Assembly: GCA_036172245.1 (NCBI GenBank)
Contig: JAYWIR010000008.1
Coordinates: 1,736,001 to 1,800,000 of the forward strand
From: Raillietiella orientalis
Taxonomy: Eukaryota
Direction of reading: 5' to 3'
DNA length: 64,000 nucleotides
Part shown: in pieces, positions 25,601 to 39,299 of the stretch
How positions within the stretch are numbered: the stretch's first letter is position 1
Layout: each line of letters begins with the position of its first letter
The notes under the pieces: model-generated
The model's input: the letters and a program-made list of their open reading frames with translations, nothing else
Database searches by the model: none
What the model was told of the DNA's origin: nothing
Made by a program: the position numbers and the translations under genes

Positions 25601-25700
25601 AGGAGCAGCTCCCTTGCGGGTGCCTCAAAAGAAAGAAAGAAATATCTGAAGATGCCGTGGAAGTGAATTGAAGCTGGAACGAAGACACGTCTTGTAAGAG
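22640..25700 (-). mobile_element. Contracted, near-complete RLE retrotransposon relic, family X (5' region, ZnF, RT, RLE, 3' tail)
   Basis: Family X 5' homology at 25160-25680; RT region 24260-24480 homologous to 27200-27420 (+); YLAGI (like KYLG) near 23830; RLE at 22720-23150; TTATTTATTTAC tail. Confidence 0.7.
22841..23148 (-). repeat. Inverted partner of 11708-12018
   Basis: The shared peptide STLGRNPVQLMSTPRLRESCVPDLSEVRDE appears on opposite strands. Confidence 0.95.
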
Positions 25701-25999
25701 AAACACATGACCTTCTGGATCGCGATTTCCTCGTAAGGGAGAGCTGCAGCTAAAAATCTGATGCAAGAAGAGGCTTCGGAATATTTCTGGCAAACTTCAC
25801 GAATCCTTAGGCAGGATCAGCAACGGTTAGTTTCTTCTGTTCTCATGCATGAGAGCAGCTCCTGACCGCGAGCACCTTTCGAATTTGCAGCTCTGGTAGC
25901 CCACTCTTCACCAGCCGGTTGTAGTAGCAGCAGTTCATGAAGCAGAGAGAATTTCATACGGGAATCCAGCATCTTCCCTGGTCGGCAGAATACTGACTT

Positions 26000-28800
26000 G
26001 AATCCAAACGGCTTGCGAGAGCATCGGTTGCTGATTGGCTTCGGGTTCGAGGCAAAGAGTGATCTTTCCTTCCTACTTTATCGATTTCCATTCGACGCAG
26101 AGGGGGCTCAGAGAGAGCTGCATCCCCAAGAGCTTCGTGCCAGAGAGGGTCCGCGATCGCTTCAAAAAATGCCAAGCGCCAAACAGCCCTACACTTTCCG
26201 ACTGCTTGTGAGCTTCCCGGGGAAACCCATCTCCCTGTATCCAAAATCAAGGGAATCAACCCCATCTGGAAGTTCACGAGAAAAGGGATAAATGGTAGTT
26301 TAGACGAGTTCTTGACGATTTCGGAAAAGCCACACAATATCTATTTTGATCTGAAACTTGCTGATATTCTTCGATCCGATCAGGGGGTCAGCTGCAAGTT
26401 ATTCAGTAAAAGGGCTGCTCCTCGTACGAACACTGCGGACACAGAGAAGTTGCTATCGGCATCACTTCTCTAGCAAGAGCCCAGACGCACAAGGAAACCT
26501 TGAAAAACCCAGGAGCAAACATCACGGCTCCCCACACTACTTTTCCGAACCTGGTTGCCAGCACCTGAAAATTTTCTTCGTTGTTCTGATGGAGATGGAA
26601 ACGCATCCCAAACGCGGATTTCAGCAGAAGTACTTTGCATCTGGATGTGAAGCACAGCTCAGATTCCGTGCGGCTACAAGCCAGTTCATCTCAGTAAAGG
26701 CACAATGACCATTCGTTAGGGCTGAAGTCATTTCTGGAACTTTCCCCCAATGAGATGCTGAAAGAGCTGCTGGGAGAACCAGGGAAACGAAAGTGGTCAG
26801 TTTAATCGGTTGAGTCAACAGTTCTCTCCAGCAGATTCTGGAATCCTCCTCGCTCTGTTAGTGGAGTTGCCCACGATAAACCGGTCGCTAAATGAAGAGT
26901 ACTCAGAAAAAGATCCTCGAGCATTAGCTGTCTTCACGGTTCCGATGGAAGAAACCTTCCAACGCCCTCACCAGCCTCCAGAACGCCGGAGATGCCGCTC
27001 CTACTGACAGCGAGAAACCGGAACAGAACATGAATCTGCAGGACCGTCCCTGCCTCTTGAAGACTTTTGAGGTTCTTTCGAGTGGCTCGGAGGAAGAACC
27101 GAAGATATCAATCAACCGGAACCAACCAATCCTGTTTGCAAACCTCTTCGAGGAAGGAACAAGCAAGAGGGCTGATGAGTAAGCAATAACTCTGGTGACA
27201 TTGCTCCAGAATCTTACAGGCTAAAGGTGCTCTTCAGCTAGGCAAATTTTTCTCAGGATGCGGCATCTGTTACTGTGAACCTGCTCTTGCTGCCACACCT
27301 ACACACTGGATAAGGGGAGAGCCGCATCTTTCTTGAATGCATGCTCATGTGTTGTTAGGAAGAACGAACACGAGATGCAGGGATATTTGCAATCATCAAC
27401 GGGTCGGTTGATGGAATAGTGTGGATCTTGACATTTTTCTCATACTAACACTAGAATGTGTGAGAAGAGAGGTCGGTCTGCACACTCAAAAGCCTGGAGC
27501 CATAGAGATCTCGGACTTTTTCTTGGCCTTAGAAGGCAGCCGCGTATCATGATATTCTTCTGCCTGATGGGCGCTCACATGCAAAAAGGCAGAATTTTCC
27601 TGTCTGCAAATAATGCGAGATTTCATCGCTGAATAATTTGGAACGCTCTTGCCAACTTTCACAAGTAAATAAATATTTGAGCAGCAGGAGAGTCGGCTTC
27701 ATTGCTTATTAATAAGTACTTCATTCCCGTATGGGTCCACTGCACTTCCAAACACCTAGTCATCGCACCGCAACACTGCATGGTTTTCACCGTGTTTCAC
27801 GAGCCTATGGGAAAAGGCCTGCTTCCGATGCTCCAGCCCCTGTGCGTCCAGACCACCATGGATGGAAAATTAGGGGTGGGGGGATAAAAAAAAAACAAAA
27901 CAAAAAATCATTACTTCGTAATGCAATTGATGCTCTCCAGGAAGAGAGGTGAACAGAAAAGAGGAAGTGCCTTTCGAGGTGAACAGAAAAACGGAAGACT
28001 GTCCATGGCAGTTCCTCTCTTAACGGCCTTGTCACGCTTTTCCATGTAGAAATTCTATCTCTTGAGAAGTGGGCTTCATCAGAGGTTTATAATTTTCGAA
28101 AGCCAAGAACAGGAGGAATTCATTTGCCAAAATTCTTATCCTGGATGCGCTCCAGACGCTTGCTGGAGAGAAGCGAGTGAAAAGTTCCAGAATTTGCCTG
28201 ATGGGGACCTACGGTAGCAAACTTCATGGGGGGCAGAGGTCGAGGGTGTAATCAAAAGGAAAAATAAACAGATGAGTGATTGCCATACGGATAAATTATA
28301 AAGCAGACCGGTTCGGAACAAGTTCAGCGTCTTGATTTAAGATGCTGATGGATGAACAGAACTAGAAACGGCGAGCAGATGTACTCTCAATATCTACGCA
28401 GCAGCTGCAGATAAACTGCAGGATTACAGAGAACTGAACACGTGCTGCCAAACACCACAACTGTGTGTTACTAAGGCAAGAAAAAAAACCCGGAACATCC
28501 ATCGAATGAGATCCTCTATTAAACTTGCCATTTCCTTTGGATGTAGGTACGCGAAATGCATCCATCATTAACGTTCTTCTTTGAGGAATCTATACAATAT
28601 AATAAATCATCAGGAACCGAGAAGGCTCGAGCTGAGAAGATGTAGGGGGATGCAGTCTGGCTCTTCAGTAAGTCATTTAGTAATCTCGAGATTGGTCTTT
28701 CAAAGCCACCCGTCTGCCAAGGTTCCAGGGATGGCAAGTCGTCCAATGAACGAACAGATGCTGCTTTTATTTTCCTAAGTACTTAAGTTTTAAAATCTTG
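26000..28800 (+). mobile_element. Degenerate RLE retrotransposon (RT, thumb, RLE remnants)
   Basis: 27200-27420 is a diverged inverted homologue of 24260-24480. RKPRTGGIHLP resembles GGLG; EKARAEK lies near 28620. Confidence 0.55.
27946..27997 (+). repeat. 30-bp-period tandem duplication
   Basis: GAGGTGAACAGAAAA at 27946 and 27976. Confidence 0.85.
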
Positions 28801-28819
28801 CAGGCTCTAATAAGATTGC

Positions 28820-29800
28820 GTGATCTCCAAGGATAATGAATTGGCGCCGACGCTTGTCGATGATGACGTTCCTCAAGAACCTACCACGTGTTGCTTATTC
28901 CCTGAATCCTGTCGATTCTTCCGGACGGAAGCACGTAAGGAAGCTTCTCGGTGCTCATCCTCTAGTGGAGGTCAGTCCTTCAGTCCTTGCTCTTCCAATT
29001 TTATCTCACATTGGGAAACGTCTCGGTTGACGAAGGAGGTCACTCACAAGGATGTCTATCAGGACTCGCAAAAGAGGATCTTGAGTGTTTCAGCATCCTC
29101 CATGAAAACTACAAGATTCCGGACTGGAAGACTTGTCCCCGTATTCTCTCTATTCGACAACAAGCAGGACTCTATCTTGAAGGTGCTCTGGGGACTTGTT
29201 CGAAACGAGGAAGGTCACCATCACGCCTCAGCGGGAAGTGTGTCCAATGCGTATGTACCCTGCAGCCCATGCTTCTAGGATGCGGAAGACGTAAACGCGG
29301 TGACACGGATGGAAGCGCATCGTTGAAGCCCTTCAGTTCCTTCCTGATGCTTCAGAGGAACCTGTTTGAAGAAACGCTCACTTCTCCGGGGTTTCCACTT
29401 GCCTTCCTGCTCTCTGAAGATCCTCTGTAGCGTGAGAGCAAATTCAACCGCCAAAATGGAGGAAGGGGCGACCTTTGTCCCGGAGAGCCGTTTGCAATCG
29501 ACGCTTCCTACATTCCAAGGAAGTCTCCATGTCTTGGTCTTGGATGTGAGGTACAAGGGAGACTTCGGACTACTGTGAGCAGACTAGCACAAAAGCGGTG
29601 AACTAGCCCTACGACCCACAATCCATTTCCAGTCCGGCGCACACCTTCGGAAATCGTTTTCAGCAACGCGAGATCGGTCCTTGCCAATCTCTATTCATTT
29701 ATTTATTTACTGGCTTCTCTTCCTCTGCCTACACTCATCCGCAGTTCTTTACACCGAGCAGGTGGTCTTTTTGGGTTTGCGCACGTCAGCCCCTGACTGC
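28820..29800 (+). mobile_element. 3' fragment of an R2-like element (RLE + 3' UTR)
   Basis: SILHENYK is shared with 34095-34125 (-). LHVLVLDVRYKGD resembles DVxVRYE; ATTTATTTATTTAC tail near 29700. Confidence 0.6.
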
Positions 29801-30099
29801 ATCTTTTTTTTTCTTTTATCTCTTTCCTTTGAGTAAATGGTCCGACAATCCGGGATGATAAGGGTTTTTGCTTTGCGCCTACTCTAAAACACCTTCCGGT
29901 CTTGATATCCATCGCTCTAAGACACCTGCACTCTAAGACGTCCCTGCAGGAGCCAAAGGGGACGCTCCTGCAGGAGCGGGGAAAGACTCTATGCTCTCTA
30001 TCGCTCATGCGCGCTTTCGAAAAGATGAAAAACGCTACAGAGGCCGATGTGTGACATGAGCGTACCCGATATGCTGCCTCCATCGACCACTTCCTCGTG

Positions 30100-32350
30100 G
30101 ACCGACTCATGTTCTTAAAAGGCTCATGAAGCGCGTATTCATTCATCGCTTCGGCGCAGAGTTCGCATCTCCTCTCGGATGCAGGAAAAACCGGGACTCT
30201 GACAGGCTTCCTTGCAGGAAGGCCGCTTGCCCGGGGCAGCGGCATCATGCGCATGCGTAGGAGGGTGCACGGAAACTCCTTTCCCTGTCGCGAAAGGGCT
30301 CATCTAGCGGTGAGGGCACCGTTGTCGCAGCCTCCCGTCGGCAAACTCCCTCTGCAGGGGTGGATAGAGAAAGAAATTTTCCGCGGAAGTGCATCCCGTC
30401 GTTCATTCGGGAAGGAAAGGGCGGACTAAGAACGCACTCTCTGACTCCCAGCTTCCCATCAACGTCACTCGGCGTTCCCCGCCTTTCTTTGGAATCTGCG
30501 CAACTGCTTCTGAGGGACTGGGGCGGTTTTTGTAAGCATCTCTGCAGCTCTATCCGGACATCCGACTCTAGTTGACCGGTTCCTCTTGGTCCTTCGTTTC
30601 CAAGGACCCTTCCTTTCGATCCTATCATCAGCCATCGCCATTCTATCTTTTCAAGCTCCCGAGAAGACCACGTGCCGCTCACTCCCTCGGAAGAACATCC
30701 TCACAGCATCCCAAGCGTGGCGAACCTTCCCTGCCCATCTGAGATCCCGCGATTTCTCCGTCCGCGAAGCAGTTTCATCCTTTGGCATTCGTTTTCATGA
30801 CAGCAAAGCTTCCTGTGCAAGACCCGCTGGACCCGAATTGCTGACTACAGGAGCTGCTGCAGGGTTTTAGCGTCCACCACCCCATCAGCTGCCCCTACCT
30901 GGAAGGCCTGCAGCCACGGGCATAGCCAGTTCACTCACCTGCTGTTTGGGCAGAAAACCAAGAAGACGGGAAGAGCGAAAGAGGAATAAAATCTTCCTTA
31001 GGTTTCAGTTTTTCAGTATTTTCAGTACCCCAAGAACGAGAGCATGAGATTGCAGTCCAGGAAAGGAGGAAGTCGCCGACCGTGCTGGGGGAGCCGAGAC
31101 AAAGAAGATTCCCGAAAAGGTAGCACATGTCGGCGTCGGCTGCAAGGCCAAAGGATTTCCAATAAACCTCTGCAATGGGGAAGGGGAAGGGGGAAAGGAA
31201 CCCTGCAGCGGGGACTCAATGCTTCCTTCCATGAATCTATGGAGTATGGGAAATGGGTGGAGAGTCGGGTGAAGAAGTCAAGAGCGCCCTGCAGCGACTA
31301 CTGAGCTTGTCGTTTCATTTCGTGGCCACTGCCCTGGAGAAGCGCAGAACTAGTAGACGTCCGGAGGCAGTATTCTCTAAATACTTAGTTCCCTTGGGAG
31401 AGATTCCCGCTTCCCAGCGGTGGTTTCGCTTCGCTGCGTGGGAGCACGGTCCCGGGGGATTGAGACCCTCCCTCCCAGGAGCATGCGATCGCCTCTACAT
31501 CTGTAGGACAGAAAAGAGTCAGGTTTCCTCACAGCAGGGGATCTAATGAACTCGAAATGACTTCCGAAATCACCTTCCGGACCACAGAAATCATTCCAAA
31601 CCCATCGCTCCGTGGAGAGCGAGGCGCAGGTCCGCCTTCCCGGAATCCCCGAGGCGTTCCACACTGCATTTTCGGAATCCACCCTCATTGGTTCTCGTTC
31701 CCTCACTCTGAGCGCACTGCCATCCCGCTCTCTGGTACTGGGATACTGAGTCTATCCCAGTCTTGCAGTACTGGAGTCTGGCGGCGCCAAAGGTTGGCGA
31801 TGAGCGCCCATGTTTGCCGCCTCCAGATTCCTCCCAGCAGCACGCGCGGTAGGTCTATCCCAGTCCATAATACCCATCAGCTCGGTACTGGGGTCTACTT
31901 CATGTACCGAGAAACGCAATCAACCCTCCTCAGCAGGCCCCCCTTCCAATAATGGCCTCGTTGCGGGACTAGTGGAGGCAAAGGTGGATGCGCATCGCGG
32001 GTGGCCCTTGAATTCCTCGATGGGGCTTTCAGGGCATGTTCGGGCGAAAGGTCGCCTGTCTCACCGGCTGCCACGGGAGTGCGTCGGCAGTCTCCAAAGG
32101 GCAAGAAGGGGGCAGCACCCATCCCAGGCAGACGCCCTCATGAGTGATGCGAAAGAACATCGCAAGATGAGATGCAAGGGTCAATGCGAGGCAGTCTCAG
32201 GACCACCACATGCCGTCCCTTACCGGCTGATGTCTGCAGGAACCGGTCGATTCATCCCCTACTTATCCACTTGCCGCTGGACTCCACTTCTCATCCTCTG
32301 CAGCCTACCTAGTCATCCACTCAGTGACATTTGAACCCTTTCCTTAGATC
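30100..32350 (+). mobile_element. Degenerate R2-like element (RT to RLE)
   Basis: Ordered remnants: THLLF (motif B), RPEAVFSKYLVP, LPGACDRLYI, GTGI..STGVW, STRGRS..YRETQSTLL, RGWP..RAKGR..SLQRARR. Confidence 0.55.
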
Positions 32351-33699
32351 TCAGGTGAAGATTTGCACGACTGGATTGACTGACTTTGTCCTTTCGCAAA
32401 TTTTCACTGATTTATTCGTCTGGGATGGAAGGCCTGAGGCATTTGAGGAGGGGAAGGAGGCCCTCTAGAGCATACGAATCACTCAACCGCAGGGAGCGTC
32501 TTTCTTATCCCTCTCCTGAACTCTGTTCCGAGTTCTTGAATGACCCAAGGAGTTTGGATTAAACGCTCTTTCCGAGGGAGGTGCAGGGGCGTCGGGAGGG
32601 GTAGTCGGGACTGTAAACAAAGGCCGAGCCCAAAGACCGAAAGTCCGGAAAGCGCCATTTATCGGGCAGGAAAGAGAAGGGACGCGAAAGAGCATTAATC
32701 TTTCATGATCGCTCGAGGGAGTGCTCCAGCGGCTATCCTGCCTGGAACCGAATCACAGATGACCGAACTTGCTGGCGTCGTTGGTAGGAAAAAGAGAGAA
32801 AAGGAAAGACGCTTTCCTCCTTTCTCCCGTGCAAGCAGAGCGCTTTAAAACACCTTTCGGGAGAAAGGCCCCCTGAATGCCCTGGAAGTCGAGGGGTCGC
32901 CGCGCGGTGCCTCTCTTGCCTTGGGCCGACGAGACGCTCCGGTGAGTTTCCCCCGCCCAGCAGCAGAGAGGCGCTCTCGGAGTTCTTGCGAAGGGAGGTG
33001 AGGCGGCATCGTCGCTCTCCCTCCCCTTCCCAGCCCCTCCGTCTTTTCCGAACACTTGTTCCCTACGCCGAAAATGCAAGCCTCTTGTGCTTTCTAAGGG
33101 TCCAGGGTACGTTTTTCCTGAAGGCGCAGTAGATGAGCCTGCAAATGGAAGTCTCTTCGAAGACCTTAGGCAAGAGAGAGACGTCAGGAACAGCTGGGCA
33201 GTGAGTCAGGGAGAAAGGGGAAGGGAGGAAGGGACGGAGCAGCAGCAGAAGCAAAAAATCAAAGGAAAAGGAAGGCTGCAGGAAGCCGAGAGCAGCCGGG
33301 TGTGAGAGCTGCCTTTCGGAGTTGCTTAACCTGATCGGAGTTTCTCCCTAGATTGTGTCTGGAGTCGTAGGTTCCCAAAGATCGACTCCAATCAGCCTGG
33401 AGAGATTTCATAGTGCTCCCTCTCTGCCTTCTCTTTCCCGACCCGTAGTGGGGATGTGGGATTCTGTGTCCGTCGTCAGGACGACGCCAGAGGGCACATT
33501 AACGAACTTCCGATTAGGTCGAGGGGCGGGGAGGCGCATGCGTGCAGTCCAGATGGAAAACAGCATCCCTCTGCAGCCCTCACACCCCGGCCTCAGAGCC
33601 AGTCGTTTTCTGTCCTGTCTATCTCTCCTCCTCTGGGGAGGCTTCCAGGGACAAACCGAACATGAAGGAGGAGTCTGATTGATGTCATCCTCGGCATCA

Positions 33700-36100
33700 T
33701 GGAGTCAGATCTGGACTCGAAGATGACAAAACAGGAGCGACATCACAGACCCCCTTAGAGAATAGGGGTCAGAATCGAAAGAGGATCCGAGCTGCCCGCT
33801 CGTGGAGGCCTTGAGGTTTCGCTTTCCAGGAATCGAGGTCGTCACTTTTCCTGCTGGGCCAGCTCTCTCCGATTCGGAGGCTGAGGCACGGGAAGATGCC
33901 TGGGAAAGGAGGGTGGAAGAAAGGGCAAGCAAGAAAGGCGGTTCTTCTTCTGAATTAAAGAAACTGCGCAAATAAGGGCAGAGTCGGACATCGTGTGCGG
34001 TGAAAAAGGATCTGCAGAGTGGGAGAAGAGGATCGTGCAGCTCTTTCCTCTGCTGAACGGATGCTGGAAGCTTCAGACGCGCTTCGCCACCGTGGGAACT
34101 TGTAGTTTTCATGGAGGATGCTGAATGACTGGTTTCTCCCGAGATCCATCGAAGGAAATAAGCAATCTTTGTGCTTAGCTGCCCCGCTGGGAGGCGTGCT
34201 CCTCCGGCAGCCATTTTCCTGTCTTCACAGCTAGCGCTTCCCTCTCGAGTGGGAGACAGCAACGGCTCTGGACCGATTACGTGTTTTTTTCTTTCCCTCA
34301 AACAAAGCATCATGACAACGATGATTGGGGTGCGGAGGAAAACGATGGAAGAACACCTAAAAAGTTGATCTTGAGTTACATGACGACTCCAGCCAGGATG
34401 TCATTTCCATGGAAACCCACCGCCGAGGATAAAACAGCTCTCACCTCTTCCAGCAGGGACGTGGGAAACTTTCCGCAATTCGCAGTGGCCGTGTGATACA
34501 GTAAACAAGGTGCTTCCTCGGCTACCTCCAGACTGATCTCCGCGATGTGGAATATGGATGGAGAAACCTCTCCCAATCGCAACGCTCGTCCGTTCAGGAG
34601 GATGTGTTTCCCAGGAGAGACGATACTCGGAACCTGGATCCTTCGATGCTGTAACCCTTCGCATTTCTATGCTCTTTAGGACTGACCTCTAAGTTTTCTT
34701 CGGATAGAAGAAAACGGTTCAGCATCACCATCGAAAGCAGTCTCCTCCCTTCAGAATGACGCCAACGCGTGTCGGTCGAGGTATCCTCCTGTTGATCTCG
34801 CAAGATTCCCTCTGGAGGATTCTCCCTTCGTCTGTGGACCGTAGACTCTAGCATTACCGCGGGCGCCTGAGACGTGGGAGACTTCGGAAGGAGGAAAATC
34901 GCCATGCAGATCGCATCGTTGTTGCACGAGGGGCTGAACAGCCGGGAGGATTGGGGTGTGTGGAAGGAGGAAGAGGAAGTGCGTTCCCTTGGGGGTGCTC
35001 CTCCTCCTCGAATGAGGGTGCACACTGCTTGCGTTTGCCCTCGGGAACTTCTCCGCACACCTTCCGCGTTTCGATTTCCGCATGAGGAACCGAGTCGGAC
35101 CGGATCCGGACTCTGTGCAAGAGCACAGTGGGAGATTCGGAGGCGAGCAGAGGATAGAGTAAAAGCTTGGAGGGCTCGTCCCTGCTTGCGCCTCTCGCTG
35201 CTGCACCCTTTCCCACCCACCCTCCACTCCCAAGAGGCTGGACTTCGTCCCGCTCTCCACTGGCTTATTCCTATGGAGCATCTTCCCGAAAGGGCATCTC
35301 TATGGAATCCAAAAGCACGTGCTCGGTATCTCTTGAGGCCTCGATCGGATCCGTCGCCAGACAGGTACCTCGATCGGCCAGACAGACTTTCGTCTCCACG
35401 GATCCTTGCTCTCGCATCGGACGAGTCCAAGGAGACTGAACCACATCCGAAGGCGCCAAGCCGACGGATCCTTTCTCCTTCGGTTCCCTCATTCCTTTTA
35501 TTGTCTTCGCCTCTTCCATCTTTAGGATGCTTCTGTTCTCCCCTCCTTCCGGCATCAGGAAAAGCACCTAAAAGGAAAAGCACTGCCGTCTGTGGAGATC
35601 TGACGCATCGTCTCCTCTTTCCTCCAGCTCCGGAGGAAGGCCCTCGATATTCGTGAAACCTATCGCCAACAGTGAGAATCGGCACCGGTCTGCTGCTCTT
35701 GGATACTTTGGAGGTGTCTTCTGCGTGGGGCGCCACCGTGTCTTCCGCGAGTGGTGCTCCCCGCTGCCGATCTCTTCGCTACTCCGGGGATCTGAGGGGA
35801 TGCGTCTTTCATCCTTCCGTACGGCCTCGGAGTTCGCGTGCCGTGCCACGACGTCCTCTTCCTGGAGCCAACTGGTGCCAGCTTGGCCTGTTGTGGGATC
35901 ACACGGCGGCATGTCCTCACCGGCTCCAAGACAAGCCGAAGCGTCATCGGTTTTCCACTCCCGTATCCCGGTAGGCGAGATGATAAGATCCTTCGCTGAG
36001 GGCCGCGAGTCCCTCTCCATCATCCGGGAACATGGGGAAGGGAAAATTCTCCCCCTCCCCTAATCTTCCAGGGAATCTTTCAGAATTTCCTGTTTCGTTT
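33700..36100 (-). mobile_element. Degenerate R2-like element (Myb-like, RT, thumb)
   Basis: TSWLQEEDVVARH (Myb-like), QWRAGRSPASW, LQAFTLSSARLRISHCALAQ (RT motif 1), HALASF, SILHENYK. Confidence 0.6.
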
Positions 36101-37227
36101 GAAATGAATAATCAGGGAGACGGCTGGCATAACGAGAAGGAGTCCAGGGAATAACACGACCAGTAGAGCGTAGAGACAGGAACATGCGGGGAAGGGCCTT
36201 GCTTACTAAACAAGGAAAGTTGGGAACAGGGAACCAAGCTGAATTATTCATTAGAATTAGGAGTATTCCTGACAATTTCCGGAATTCCAGGCACGGTCAG
36301 GTCTACCAGTCGCAGCTACGCGGGATAGGCGTCGAATTCAGGGATTGCGCGTGGCTTCCCACGGGTCTCCTCTAAGCGGGAGAATGATTGAAAGACACAG
36401 CTCCGGGAGTTCGGTAAATAGGTAAGGAGCGGGAAGCCCGGTCGAGGGGCTTCCTGTACCGGAACTGCACCCCTCTGCTCTGTGGCTGGCTGCTGCAAGA
36501 GGGACGCACGAAGGGGAGGGGAGTAGATCAACGCCGAGACGCCACCAGCGGCGTTGTCCTCCTCCAGACCTACGAAGTCGGGAAAGCCAGAGGCGAGGCC
36601 AGCGCCCTCTCCGGATCGCCCGCCGATCTCCTGGTTCTGAAGCTGGATGGCGCTCCAGCATCTTGTCTACCTCGCCCAACCTCCGGAACAGAAAAGTTCA
36701 CACTTTCTGATGTGGCGGCAACATCAAGAACGGTACCCATGGTTGTCTTGGCAGCTGCGAAAAGATGATTGGACGATCACATGAGTGCAGGAGGCAGCAG
36801 TCAACGGCGCCCAAGGCCACGTCGGCATCTGCTCCTGGACGTCGACCGATCTTGTAAGACGACCGGAGACGGCAGTCTCCTCTTTCCCGGAGCAGTGCCC
36901 TCCTCGAGCTCTGAATCGCTGCAGGTCACTGAGTCGTCCATGCCTCCTCCCAGGAGGGATCTCCTGGGGCGAACTCGTAAGCGGAAGAGTCGCTGTTCAT
37001 GTCGCTGACCGCCGCTCAGAGAGAACACGAACCAGGAAAAAGCAACCGGGAGAGGTGCTGAGCAGGGGGGCCAAAGCTGATCAGAAGTGCCGTGTGCAAG
37101 GAACAGAAATGGGAGCTGAAGGGCCGGAAAGCCGGTCCCAGGGGTTCCCGACTCAGGATGAGGGGCGTCGAGGAGAAGGCGGAAAGTTCTCCCAGCGGTG
37201 CCTGGACGACGGCGACGACGGCGATAA

Positions 37228-37256
37228 GCAGCAGCTGTAGCAGCAACAGCAGCAGT
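37228..37256 (+). repeat. Imperfect (CAG)n tract
   Basis: GCAGCAGCTGTAGCAGCAACAGCAGCAG. Confidence 0.8.
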
Positions 37257-38299
37257 CCTCAGGGGGGGAAGGAGGGAGGGAATAGAGGCTGCCTCTGACG
37301 GAAGGAGGGCGGGGTGCAGCCTCGGAACTCTGCTGACGCAGGCAACTAACTGCCATTGCTGCTGTTGGCTCGGTGACACGAAGAGGGTCGTCGTGGCATA
37401 GGTCCAGGGAAGAGCGGGTGGCTCCTGAGCAGGAGGGAGGAAGTAGTAGGGCGACCTTGAGGAACTCCTCGAGGTCGTCTTTGTTGCCAAGGAGGCGGAG
37501 ATGGACAGCCACCTAGTAAAACATGCCTCGTAGGTCCAGTTCGGAGCACAGGGATAGCCTCGAGGCCCATCTGTGGGCTCTTCCCTCTCCTGCAGCCAGA
37601 GAAACCTCCTTGTCGCGGGAGTACCCCTCGGGTACTACTGTCTGCGGTGGGTACTTTTCGACGCATAGTAAGCGCTCAGAAGACGGAGAGCTCAGAGGTC
37701 TGCAGCCTCCTCCGTCGGCACAGATCCTGGAAGTGGTACAGCACACTCCAGAGAGAACCTAGAGTTCTGGCGTGCACGTCTTCCAGCAACGATCCCAAGC
37801 CCTTGCCGGCGTTCATCCGTTTCCAGAGACGATTGCCCTCCTGTTTCTGCAGCAACAGCACCGCTTGTCCAGAATGCTTTCCTTATGGAGGGGCAAGAGA
37901 GCTGGCACATGAATTCTTTTTGCAATCTCAGCTCTCTGCCCATAGTGCCGCAAGCGCTCAGGAGATAATATGGAAGCCAAACGCAAGATGAAGATGGGAT
38001 TCTACTCAGCTCTTTGCACTGCTGAGCAAGAATGCAGCGTCTACGCAGTGTTCGCTGCCTCCTTCCTGGATCAGAAGTCTACAGGGCAGCCTCCACCAGC
38101 TCTGATGATGGAAATGAGAAGTGGCCGAGTTTCCCGCATCGCGATCCCTCTGGAGAGTCAGACTGTGCTTCGAGTCCCGCAAGGAGAGTTTCACCAGGAG
38201 GATCCTCGAAAAAGAGAGAAACAGGTGCGAGAAAGGACGCCTTCAGAGAGCAGCTGCAAAGCTGCGCATTTCGCAGGAGCTTTCGTAAGAAATCCGCAG

Positions 38300-39200
38300 G
38301 GCCGTGAATCGACTCACTGGCTGTTGCATCCAGCATCCAGAACGCCGCCGGTCAGGACGAGACAGAAAGGAGAAGTGATTCCGAACAAATGACCTTCCTG
38401 AAACCAGAAGTCTGCACCGAGGACTCCACTTTGGCTAGACGAGTCTTCATGCCGGCGAACGAAGCGCGAGCGTGTATCCGGTATTGCAATTGGTTCCCGA
38501 AGACCCAGGCCTATTATTTCGTTGGTTCATATCAAGCGCCAAGTAACCGGAGGGCAAACGAGATTGAAAATTCTTCATGAATTCAAAAAAAAAAGATGGA
38601 GAGAGCGAATCGTTTCTGTAACTCAATTATTCCATAAGTTTCCTTCCTCAACAAAGATGGCTGGAGAAGCTGTTACTGATGGGGATGGCTCAAGGAGATG
38701 AGAATTATCTTCAGGTTCTTGAAACCCCCATATGGAGTGACTGTTCAGATCCTGCTCGTGAGTTCACAAAATTGAATATCCTTTCATAACCTCGGAAATA
38801 TATTCCATTCCGTGCTGCACCAGGGCTGCTTGCTCCCAGAATCAGTTCGAACCGGCTGGTGGGATATCAGAATTAGGATGAACACTCCAACATCGACGCT
38901 GTGCGCCCGTGTCGCAGGAAGTACCTCCCAGCTGCACGGAGCAGCATCAGAAAAAGATGCGAAAGCAGATCTGAATGTTCCAGAACTCTTTACAGGATAA
39001 AATGCGCACCGATCTCGCTGCAGTCAGGGCAGCGTACATCTACGCTTCCTAATGATTCGTCTAAGTGCAGATTTTAGTCGCGGACACGCAAGAAGGCGTC
39101 GGGGGAAAGAATAACAAACCGCCTCTTCCTCAGGGGAAGAGCGCAGCAGATTCCAGCCTCCAGATCTTCTTTTCCATCCGTTTCATTTAGGATTGTGATC
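38300..39200 (+). mobile_element. Degenerate RT fragment
   Basis: NLGNIFHSVLH resembles DxxKAFDSVxH; weak. Confidence 0.35.
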
Positions 39201-39299
39201 CCGCTAAAGCATACCACGATTGGAACACTCCCATTTTGCATGCAGGAAACAGTCAAATCCATTCGAATCTTGTAAGGATGAGATCCCTCAAAAGCACAT

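Noticed and set aside
31117..31130. AAGGTAGC resembling the R2 28S target site
   Set aside because: Only 8 bases match and there is no surrounding 28S rRNA sequence.
34594..35736. Longest ORFs (380 aa, 260 aa; also 56056-56871 and 57329-58156) as real genes
   Set aside because: They are R/S/P/G-rich, with no coherent domain. They only pass transiently through retroelement frames or are antisense shadows.
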